DNA of 64,000 nt, from positions 1,951-65,950 of the forward strand of contig DAIDIO010000002.1 of assembly GCA_027459325.1 (NCBI GenBank), in the 5' to 3' direction. The position numbers and the translations under genes are program-made. Shown one piece after another: positions 45,049 through 52,678 of this stretch; position 1 is the stretch's first letter, and every line of letters starts with the position of its first letter. The stretch comes from Candidatus Saccharimonadota bacterium. Its GTDB lineage: Bacteria > Patescibacteriota > Saccharimonadia > Saccharimonadales > UBA4665. A model generated the notes under the pieces. The model saw only the letters and a program-made list of their open reading frames with translations, ran no database searches and was not told the DNA's origin.

Positions 45049-46339
45049 AGCGCCTGTCGACTCTGAAGATTAAGTAATAAGCGGCGGCTATTACAGCAAC
45101 TAAAGAGATTAATTTACCCCAGAAACTACCAATAAACCGGCTCCACAGGCTAGGGCCATTACCCGGCAAGCTGGTAGTAGATGGTCCGCTCGAAATGCTA
45201 GCAGCCGGCGTAGCATTGCCTGTCGGGCTTGGGCTAATCTGCTGGCCGACGACAACCAAACGGTTAATACTGGTTCCCGGAGGGTCGCAGGTAATTAATG
45301 TTGCGGTAGCTGTTTGACCCGGAACGGCATTAAGTACGCTGACATCTGAAGGCGGAACTATGGTTTTACTAATAACTTTATAGACGTAAACCTTGTCGTT
45401 AAAAGTCAGGTAAAAGGTGTCGCCGTTAACCAGTGTGTGCAGCAACACAAAGGCAAACTTATATTTGCCTGGGTTAAAGATGTTATTACTGCTGTGGCCA
45501 AAGAAAGCAGCATTACCGTTCTGACCAGGCAGTACCGTAGTTGGATAGTGTACTACCCCATCTTCCAGATCATTTTCGATGGCTGCTTCGCTCGTCGAAG
45601 TTTCACTATAAGTTACCGGAATTTCGACATTAATCTTAGGAATGATTACTTCAGGAGTCGGCGTCGGGGCCACACCACCGCCATTTAATATGATTGGCGT
45701 GTCAGCACTGACGCTGCTGGGCCTAATAAAAGGCGTAATGATTAACTGGTTGAAGAAGCTGAACATAAAGATTATTACCACAAAGGTCCCCATGCCCAAA
45801 CCAAAAGCTAATGACTGCAGATTATGCTTAGCCTTAATTTTGCCGCCGGCTGTGACCTTATCTCTTATAGCTCCACTGATTTCTTTAGGGGTGCGTTTGT
45901 CTGGAATAGTCTTAGCTCGTTTGGGCCTGGCAGCCTGATGTTTATGTTCGGCTATAAGTGCTGGCCGGTTGGCAAGAGCGGTTGGGTTGACTGGTGATTG
46001 GCCGGTTAGGGCTGACTGGCTATCGTAAAACTCCTGCCAGACTTCATGCTTCTCGTTATCGCTTAGAGATGAATAATAGTTGTGCCACTCGGTTTGGATC
46101 TCGGCCATGGTTTTTCCGGACCGGCTGAGTTCGGACATAAACTGTTGGTGCTTGCTGCGTGGACGGCTGTTTCTGGCTTCAATTATTTCAGCATTAGCAC
46201 TGGGCTCATCTTCATAGAGTCTTGCGATTTTATGGCGAATCATCTTAGCAGCATCGGTTTCATTCTCTAGCTCACCCGAAAAGACTCTGACCTGGTCATT
46301 ATGAATATTTTCTTCTTGGTAACGATTATGCTTTGCCAT
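45011..46339 (-). CDS. sortase-domain transpeptidase with long N-terminal cytoplasmic extension
   Basis: Contains FFGHSS (His) and TLITCDP (TLxTC catalytic Cys). One TM helix precedes the domain and one follows it. Confidence 0.72.
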   Translation of the reverse strand: MAKHNRYQEENIHNDQVRVFSGELENETDAAKMIRHKIARLYEDEPSANAEIIEARNSRPRSKHQQFMSELSRSGKTMAEIQTEWHNYYSSLSDNEKHEVWQEFYDSQSALTGQSPVNPTALANRPALIAEHKHQAARPKRAKTIPDKRTPKEISGAIRDKVTAGGKIKAKHNLQSLAFGLGMGTFVVIIFMFSFFNQLIITPFIRPSSVSADTPIILNGGGVAPTPTPEVIIPKINVEIPVTYSETSTSEAAIENDLEDGVVHYPTTVLPGQNGNAAFFGHSSNNIFNPGKYKFAFVLLHTLVNGDTFYLTFNDKVYVYKVISKTIVPPSDVSVLNAVPGQTATATLITCDPPGTSINRLVVVGQQISPSPTGNATPAASISSGPSTTSLPGNGPSLWSRFIGSFWGKLISLVAVIAAAYYLIFRVDRRFKGLRGSLRAWS

Positions 46340-46434
46340 AGTAATTAATATAGTAACTATATAACCTGGATCTAACTAATTTAAGTATAGTACAATTACA
46401 CCTTAGAGTTGTCTAAGAATCCTTACAATAATAA

Positions 46435-46522
46435 GGGCGAGTGGTGAAATTGGTATACACGCTAGACTCAAAATCTTGTGAGCTTAACGCTCGTGAGGGT
46501 TCAAGTCCCTCCTCGCCCACCA
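46435..46522 (+). tRNA. tRNA-Leu (anticodon CAA), long variable arm, CCA encoded
   Basis: Acceptor GGGCGAG/CTCGCCC, anticodon loop CTCAAAA, variable arm GAGCTTAACGCTC and T-arm GAGGGTTCAAGTCCCTC. Confidence 0.87.
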
Positions 46523-46545
46523 ATTTATTCTGTTCATTTTAAGTA

Positions 46546-47049
46546 TTACCAGGGGCATAAAGTAGTTTCGGTATCAGGGATTATCTCCTGACTGCCGTAA
46601 ATAAATGCATGGCTTGTCCAGAAAGCTATGCTGTCTGAATTGGCTTCTTTTGACTGCGGAAAAGGCTCATCATCATTGAATTTTCCTATCCAGGCGCTAG
46701 ATAATGTATAACTCGCGTCTTTATTTGGTACGAGGTGAACGGCAATGGTCTGGCAAAGGTCCCCGATCCTATTCTTTACAAATGGCACTAGGCCGTCATT
46801 TTCCCTGTTCTTTCGAACTGCGTAAACAATTTCATCTTTTTTGATTACTTCTACAACATCACACCGACCAATAACCCGGTGCCGGTCAAAGTGGTCAGCT
46901 ACCTCTTGCCCGGTTAATTCCAGGCTCGTTATAACTTCTTGCAGCAGCGGTGCTAGTTCGGGGTTGTCGTGAAGATGCGTAGCGGCATGGGAGTGAACTT
47001 CATCGTAGAATACCTTTATATGGTTTTTGGAAGTTGCTATTACCTTCAT
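46546..47049 (-). CDS. hypothetical protein
   Basis: 167 aa, lying 11 nt downstream of the multi-wHTH ORF. No motif recognised. Confidence 0.45.
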   Translation of the reverse strand: MKVIATSKNHIKVFYDEVHSHAATHLHDNPELAPLLQEVITSLELTGQEVADHFDRHRVIGRCDVVEVIKKDEIVYAVRKNRENDGLVPFVKNRIGDLCQTIAVHLVPNKDASYTLSSAWIGKFNDDEPFPQSKEANSDSIAFWTSHAFIYGSQEIIPDTETTLCPW

Positions 47050-47060
47050 ATTTTAATTAA

Positions 47061-48500
47061 TTAAGCTGTAGCTTCAAGGAAGTCTTTCGCTGGAACATCA
47101 TTATTTTCTATTTGCGATTTAAGTTCTCTCAAGCGGCCTATTTCTGCGTCAAAACCGGTTCTGCTGAGTTCAAAGAATTGCATATCAGCATATCGTTGGT
47201 TAAGATAGCTCTTCACATGGTAGTTGCCGCTAATTGATGCGAGCTCGCGACATTCGCCTAAAAGTTTATCTGCTTCAGCCGCTTCGTCTTCGCCGATTAC
47301 TTCTTCTAGCTCTCTTAACTCGTGCATTGCCCTTAACGCAAACTTTAGCCCCTCTCTAGTTAGTCTTAAATTGGTTAAAGTGTCTTTTAGTATACTTCCA
47401 TCTTTTCTGATTATTGCTTCTAAATACTTCTTGTTTTTTCTAAGCTCATAAATGCGCCGGGTAGCTGTATCTTCGGTAATATCTAATGCCCGGGCTATAT
47501 CAGGGATTATACCTTGGGTGTTATTTGGATGGGCTATCCAGTCGCTATAGAGAGGAAGGCTTGATTCGGCTGTAGTTTCATCGAAGTATATTCCGCTCAT
47601 AAACATTACATGCTCAATAATTCTAAGGCCGGTAGTCGCTCTTATTGGTTTCTCTTTCGGATCTTTAAGATAACTATGATAGGTTTTTAAAAGTGCAATA
47701 CGCTTTTCACCTGCTGGTGTTAAGACAATTACCTTTCGATCAAAGTCTACTGATACATAGCCATTTTTTTCCATGCTACCTAGTGATTTAGCATAAGAGT
47801 CATAACTAATATCGGCAGCTAAGCGCTTCCTGACTTCGGCAGCCGGGCTATCGCCTGTAAAGTATATAACGCCATTACATAGTTCTAATTCAGCAAATAT
47901 TTCTAGTATTCGGTAACCGGTTCGCTTAACAATTTTGACGTTGGCTTCATGCTGTATAAAATCAAGGCTGTCATCGGCTAGTAGGGGAAAGCCTTCAGGT
48001 TTAATTATCTTTTGAGGATAGGGGTATACTGGCTCATCCGTTTCCTCAATTTCATCTTTAGAAACCACTGGCGCTGATTTAGTTTGCCTGATCGTTTGCG
48101 TTGAGCGATCCATTAATATTTTTAGGGCTTCTGAGGTCAGTCGGTATCGAGGCCCACCATTCAGTGTAAGTCCGCGCTCAAGTGTACTTATAAGAAGATC
48201 TTGGAGCATTTCCGGAGATAATTTTTCTGACTCAGCCAAGCCTTTATTGGTAATCGCCTGTAGATAATTAATATAATGCTCATCGGTTTGCTTGAAGGTA
48301 CCAGCCAGTCCTATAGCCAGTAATAGTTTTATGCTTAGATCTTCTTTTGCAAAATCTGATCTTTCATAGGATTTATAAAAAAGCTTATCTTCTACCCTGA
48401 AGGTAAAATCTAATTCTCCTTCAGAAGGACGACTTTCATAGTCTAGATCAATTTCGTCTTCTAATGCCTCTTTGCGCCACTGGTTAAGTGGCGGTGTTCT
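47061..48500 (-). CDS. -1 frame portion of a multi-winged-helix orphan protein (the track ORF 47061..48239 starts at a TTG; this frame is open upstream to 48557)
   Basis: At least two MarR-like wHTH segments and a C-terminal coiled-coil. There is no ATG, GTG or TTG in the 106 open codons between the upstream in-frame stop (48558-48560) and 48239. Confidence 0.5.
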   Translation of the reverse strand, partial: RTPPLNQWRKEALEDEIDLDYESRPSEGELDFTFRVEDKLFYKSYERSDFAKEDLSIKLLLAIGLAGTFKQTDEHYINYLQAITNKGLAESEKLSPEMLQDLLISTLERGLTLNGGPRYRLTSEALKILMDRSTQTIRQTKSAPVVSKDEIEETDEPVYPYPQKIIKPEGFPLLADDSLDFIQHEANVKIVKRTGYRILEIFAELELCNGVIYFTGDSPAAEVRKRLAADISYDSYAKSLGSMEKNGYVSVDFDRKVIVLTPAGEKRIALLKTYHSYLKDPKEKPIRATTGLRIIEHVMFMSGIYFDETTAESSLPLYSDWIAHPNNTQGIIPDIARALDITEDTATRRIYELRKNKKYLEAIIRKDGSILKDTLTNLRLTREGLKFALRAMHELRELEEVIGEDEAAEADKLLGECRELASISGNYHVKSYLNQRYADMQFFELSRTGFDAEIGRLRELKSQIENNDVPAKDFLEATA

Positions 48501-49378
48501 AAAAAAGGTTTCGGTCCCGCTTTCAGTTTGGCGGCATCTTTGCCTGTGTCGCGGTATTTAGGTCCTTCCACTACTTCCATTGTTAGCTGCCTTCTAACTC
48601 GAGCTGATAATTGACGTTTAGGTTGCCCGTTAGTTACTAAACTTTCCACTTGAGGCTGTGCCGATTCTTCAGTATTAGGTTTTTCCTCAAGTACGGCTTT
48701 CAGATTATTTATAACGTCCCCGCTAATAAATTTATAAAATTTTGCTGTCAGGCGATTTACATTTAAGCTGATACTTTTTACGCGTGTTGGATTCGATTTT
48801 TGTAATTCTATTAATCCTATCCTTGCTAAATAATTTTGGGCGTTGTTCCAGTCTTTGCCCTGAAGCTGCAGAGCTTCGGTTATCACTTTGCCGCAGCTAG
48901 ACGATTCCAAAGTAAAATTGGGTTGTTTAAGAAGAAACAGAATGATGCTTTCATATCTTTTTTGTGAAGGAGATAAGATAGATTCCGCGTCTCGAGATTT
49001 ATCTGGCAGGTTAGGTGTAACTTTATCGACGATTTCTATAGTCGGCTTTACTATATGAAGTACGGGAGCGGTCGATTGTTGAGGATTAACTGATGCTTTG
49101 TCATTGATTTGCTGACTTTCATAATATGAAATCTGTGTTTGAAGTTTAACAATTTCCTCATCTCGTTCATTGAGTGCTAAGAGTGACCGCCCTAATTCCT
49201 CTTCCAAGTGGTTGATTCTTGTGGCCGGACCATCTCTCAGGCCTTCTTTAGGGGGTGAATATTTAAGCTGCCATGCCGGAGATTCAGCGGACAGTCTTAT
49301 AGAAATGTTTTCCTCACCCGACACTAAAGTGGTCGTATTATTTATTTCCCGCATATAATTAAAATAATTATATAACAT
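48461..49378 (-). CDS. zero-frame ORF (305 aa): coiled-coil plus wHTH orphan protein
   Basis: ATG start. Contains a MarR-like segment (ITEALQLQGKDWNNAQNYLARIGLIELQK). It ends 14 nt after the frameshift hairpin. Confidence 0.6.
   Translation of the reverse strand: MLYNYFNYMREINNTTTLVSGEENISIRLSAESPAWQLKYSPPKEGLRDGPATRINHLEEELGRSLLALNERDEEIVKLQTQISYYESQQINDKASVNPQQSTAPVLHIVKPTIEIVDKVTPNLPDKSRDAESILSPSQKRYESIILFLLKQPNFTLESSSCGKVITEALQLQGKDWNNAQNYLARIGLIELQKSNPTRVKSISLNVNRLTAKFYKFISGDVINNLKAVLEEKPNTEESAQPQVESLVTNGQPKRQLSARVRRQLTMEVVEGPKYRDTGKDAAKLKAGPKPFLEHRHLTSGAKRH
48475..48506 (-). promoter_or_regulatory. candidate programmed -1 ribosomal frameshift cassette
   Basis: Read on the minus strand:
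- T_TTT_TTA lies in the zero frame (48506-48500).
- A 6-nt spacer GAACAC follows (48499-48494).
- Then comes a hairpin CGCCACT/AGTGGCG with a 5-nt loop (48493-48475). Confidence 0.55.
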
Positions 49379-49478
49379 TTTTTATAAAGCAAATAAATAT
49401 TGTTAAAAAAATACAGCGAGGCAGATTTTTGCTGTATTGATTTTCCTCACTAACCTAGCTATTATTTTCATAACGCTT

Positions 49479-50306
49479 ATGTCAAAAGAGGAAACAGCGA
49501 TTAATGTCACTGAGGAAGATTCAGAGGGGCAACCTATGAATGATTCTGTTGATGAAGCTGCTGCTCAGGAAGAAATAACTCCTGCCGATAGCCAGGAATC
49601 AACTTCTGACGAAGAAGTGGCCGTTAAGTCTAGTGAGGCTCCGATTGTAAATACAGCTGAGCCGGTCCATACTCCAGAGATTGCTCCCCTAGGCATAGGT
49701 GGAAGTCAGCATCTTCTGGAATTACCGGCCTCTACCGCTAAACCAGGTATTCCCAAACTAGCCTTTCTTATTCTAGGTTTAATTATTATTGCCGTCATTA
49801 TTGTTTCCGTATCGTCCGGTTGGCATCATAAGTCAAATAAGGCAGCAGCTTTAGTTACAAGTAATAAGTGGACGACATATTCTAGTTCGGGTGGTAATTT
49901 CACAGCTTTATTTCCTACAGGTCCTACAGTCTCTCAGCAAAATGTTACTTTAAACGGCGTTTCGTATAACGAGACCACAGTGCAGTCTTCCAAGAATGAT
50001 GCTGTATATCAGGTGGTCTACACTACTCCCGAGCAGGAAGCAGATACTGACGCGACTCTCGACAAGCTGGTTCACGATACGGTTTCCAATATTCAGTCAG
50101 GCCAGCTGCTATATTCTAGCTATTTATATGTTAATGGCCATCGGACTGAGACTTTTCAAATAACCGGAGTTAGAAATGGTAACAATGTCTTTATGAAGGG
50201 TGAGTTTGTGGTAGCCGGCAATATTCAGTATGCCCTGCTGGCGTCCCAGTACGATGCTTTTGCGCCTGATTCAGCCTATTTCCTTAGCCATTTTAGCGTT
50301 AATTAG
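49479..50306 (+). CDS. hypothetical membrane-anchored protein (acidic N-terminus, one TM, ectodomain)
   Basis: I prefer the ATG at 49479 (MSKEETA...) over the track start at 49437. Confidence 0.45.
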   Translation: MSKEETAINVTEEDSEGQPMNDSVDEAAAQEEITPADSQESTSDEEVAVKSSEAPIVNTAEPVHTPEIAPLGIGGSQHLLELPASTAKPGIPKLAFLILGLIIIAVIIVSVSSGWHHKSNKAAALVTSNKWTTYSSSGGNFTALFPTGPTVSQQNVTLNGVSYNETTVQSSKNDAVYQVVYTTPEQEADTDATLDKLVHDTVSNIQSGQLLYSSYLYVNGHRTETFQITGVRNGNNVFMKGEFVVAGNIQYALLASQYDAFAPDSAYFLSHFSVN

Positions 50307-51102
50307 CAGTATTTTGGTCTATAAGGGCGGTTGTTATGCTTGCGAGCGGCTGAGAAGGATTCTGAATCCACCAGGTAATGGCTTTAGCGGCTGTTTCGAC
50401 TCGCCAAACTGGTTTTTCGGCCTCTAGTTTTGTGCTTGTTATATTGCCACCGGCGGCTACCAAGATATTATCTGCATGCTTTACGACTAAATTTATCGGG
50501 TACTTTTCGCTAAACGTATGGAGCGTTTCTGCCAGCTTCAGTAGGTCCATATGAAATTTGAATGCTTGCGGGAAGTGTGCGCTCATAGCTAGTTTTTGCA
50601 GTTGCGCAATCGCCGTTACAATCAGAGTATTTTCTCTGTTTATAAGGCTCTCAGCTGAAGGCGTAAAGTAATCGAGAGCATCTTTAGTTACTGCTAGGGG
50701 TCCTGTGTAGTGGGCACTAAACTGCTCTAAAAATATTGCCGTTTCTGAATTACGCCCAAAATCGCCGGCCAGTAAAACGCCGTCGGCCCAGTTGCTAGCA
50801 TATAGGGCTTGATCAAGAGCCTGACGGGCGATGCTGCCGCTGGGGGTTGATGCAAGGTATTCACCGCCCACAAAAAAGCTGCTGAGGGTTTTTTGAAGAA
50901 CATCCGGCAGCATTACTCTGGCAACTCCTATGCCGGCTTGAGTAGCAGCACTGTAGGCTGTAGCGACAGCAGCAAATGATTGAATGTGGCCGCCAACTAT
51001 TAATAACTTGCCTGCCTGGTTTTTATGTTCCGGACGGCTCCAAAGTAAATCCGGAAACAGCGGTATTTTAGGGTCCTGTTTCTGCCAGTAATCTATGCCC
51101 AT
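50299..51102 (-). CDS. YjeF-C/carbohydrate-kinase-like protein, possible NAD(P)HX dehydratase
   Basis: GKLLIVGGH....A..A..AA.QAGIGV pattern. The assignment is weak. Confidence 0.4.
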   Translation of the reverse strand: MGIDYWQKQDPKIPLFPDLLWSRPEHKNQAGKLLIVGGHIQSFAAVATAYSAATQAGIGVARVMLPDVLQKTLSSFFVGGEYLASTPSGSIARQALDQALYASNWADGVLLAGDFGRNSETAIFLEQFSAHYTGPLAVTKDALDYFTPSAESLINRENTLIVTAIAQLQKLAMSAHFPQAFKFHMDLLKLAETLHTFSEKYPINLVVKHADNILVAAGGNITSTKLEAEKPVWRVETAAKAITWWIQNPSQPLASITTALIDQNTAN

Positions 51103-51108
51103 ACAACT

Positions 51109-51909
51109 TTATAGGTCCAAGGTAATTGAAATGGGGCAATGATCAGAGCCAAGAATGTCGGCCTGAATATCAGCCGCCTTAATTTTGTCTTTAAGTGCTT
51201 TGCTAGCCAGAAAGTAGTCAATCCGCCAGCCGACGTTTCTGGCGCGGGCATTAGCAAAGTGTGACCACCACGTATAATGGCCATTGCCTCTGGTAAATAT
51301 TCTAAAGCTATCAATAAAGCCGCTGTCGATGTAGGCACTAAGTCCGGCGCGTTCTTCGTCGGTAAAGCCCTTCTTGCCAATATTGGGTTTAGGGTTTGCC
51401 AGATCATCTTCGGTGTGGGCAACATTAAGATCGCCGCAGAAAACCACTGGCTTCGATTTATTCAAATGTTTGACATACGTAAGAAATGCCGGATCCCAAT
51501 GTTTATGCCTGAGTTCTAACCGGCTTAAATCATCCTTGGCGTTCGGGGTATAAACCGTTACTAGCCAAAAGCTGTCAAACTCAGCGGTTAGTACCCTACC
51601 CTCTTTATTAGCATCACCATAGATGTCGCCGGTTACGTTATACTGTTTAATAACATCTTCAGGAAAACCATCAATGACCTGCAAGGGCTTAATTTTTGAA
51701 AGTATGCCAGTGCCGCTGTAGCCTGGTTTGTCAGCTGGATACCAGAAAGCGTTATAGCCTTGCGTGTCAATGTCAATTTGGTCGGCTTTGGCTTTAATTT
51801 CTTGCAAACAGATTATATCGGGCTTATGTTTATCGATGAATGGCTGCCATAACCCCTTACGGTTGACCGCCCTAATACCGTTGACATTCCAGGAATAAAT
51901 CTTAATCAT
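51109..51909 (-). CDS. xth: exodeoxyribonuclease III
   Basis: Contains SWNVNGIRA, LQEIK and GSDHCPI motifs. Confidence 0.92.
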   Translation of the reverse strand: MIKIYSWNVNGIRAVNRKGLWQPFIDKHKPDIICLQEIKAKADQIDIDTQGYNAFWYPADKPGYSGTGILSKIKPLQVIDGFPEDVIKQYNVTGDIYGDANKEGRVLTAEFDSFWLVTVYTPNAKDDLSRLELRHKHWDPAFLTYVKHLNKSKPVVFCGDLNVAHTEDDLANPKPNIGKKGFTDEERAGLSAYIDSGFIDSFRIFTRGNGHYTWWSHFANARARNVGWRIDYFLASKALKDKIKAADIQADILGSDHCPISITLDL

Positions 51910-51961
51910 ATCTTAAAAAGTATAGTCTTTCGCCTTGTCTTTTGCTAGACTGGTTGGTTAG

Positions 51962-52678
51962 ATGGCAGAAGTTAAGTACCTCAGAGTTTTACTTAAGCTG
52001 TCCGGTGAACAATTATCCGGTCGCTATGAATTTGGCGTTGATCCGGAAATTGCTACTTTTTTGGCAGAGGAAGTTAAAAAGGTTGTATCAACCGGCTGCC
52101 AGGTAGTTTTAATTGTTGGTGGCGGCAATATGGTGCGCGGTGCGAAAATTGCCGGGCACGGAATTAAGAGAGTTACGGCCGATCAAATGGGCATGTTATC
52201 CGGACTTATGAACTCGATGGCGCTAACTGATATTTTTGAGGCGAACGGTATTAATACGCGTTGCCTGAGTAATATATTTGCCGAACAGGTGGCCGAATCC
52301 TATTCTTACCGGCGGGCCGAAAAGCATTTACAAAGCGGTCGTGTAGTTATTCTGGCCGGTGGTACTGCCAGGCCTTATGTTACTCATGATACGGCGGCAG
52401 TTAGCTTTGCACTTGAGCTGGATTGCCAGGTGGTATTGAAAGCTACCAAGCACGACGGCGTTTATGATAAAGATCCGGCTAAATTTGACGATGCTTCAAA
52501 GTTATCTAAAGTCAGCTTCCAGCAAGCCGTTGAAGATAATTCAATTATGGTTATGGACAAAGCGGCAATTGGTCTGGCGCTTGAGCAAAGTAAACCAATA
52601 ATAGTCTTCGATGTTATGAAGGCGGATAATCTTGTTAGCCTAGTCCGTGGAAAACCGATCGGCACCCTGATCGATTAG
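51962..52678 (+). CDS. pyrH: UMP kinase
   Basis: Contains LLKLSGE and IVGGGN motifs. Confidence 0.93.
   Translation: MAEVKYLRVLLKLSGEQLSGRYEFGVDPEIATFLAEEVKKVVSTGCQVVLIVGGGNMVRGAKIAGHGIKRVTADQMGMLSGLMNSMALTDIFEANGINTRCLSNIFAEQVAESYSYRRAEKHLQSGRVVILAGGTARPYVTHDTAAVSFALELDCQVVLKATKHDGVYDKDPAKFDDASKLSKVSFQQAVEDNSIMVMDKAAIGLALEQSKPIIVFDVMKADNLVSLVRGKPIGTLID

Noticed and set aside
47061-49378. Frameshifted ORF pair interpreted as an IS3/IS1-type transposase (orfA/orfB).
   Set aside because: There is no DDE or other transposase motif in the -1 frame product. I saw no terminal inverted repeats or target duplications. The products are wHTH and coiled-coil only.
51093-51425. 110-aa ORF on the minus strand.
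   Set aside because: It is an out-of-frame overlap with the well-supported xth gene (51109..51909), so it is spurious.
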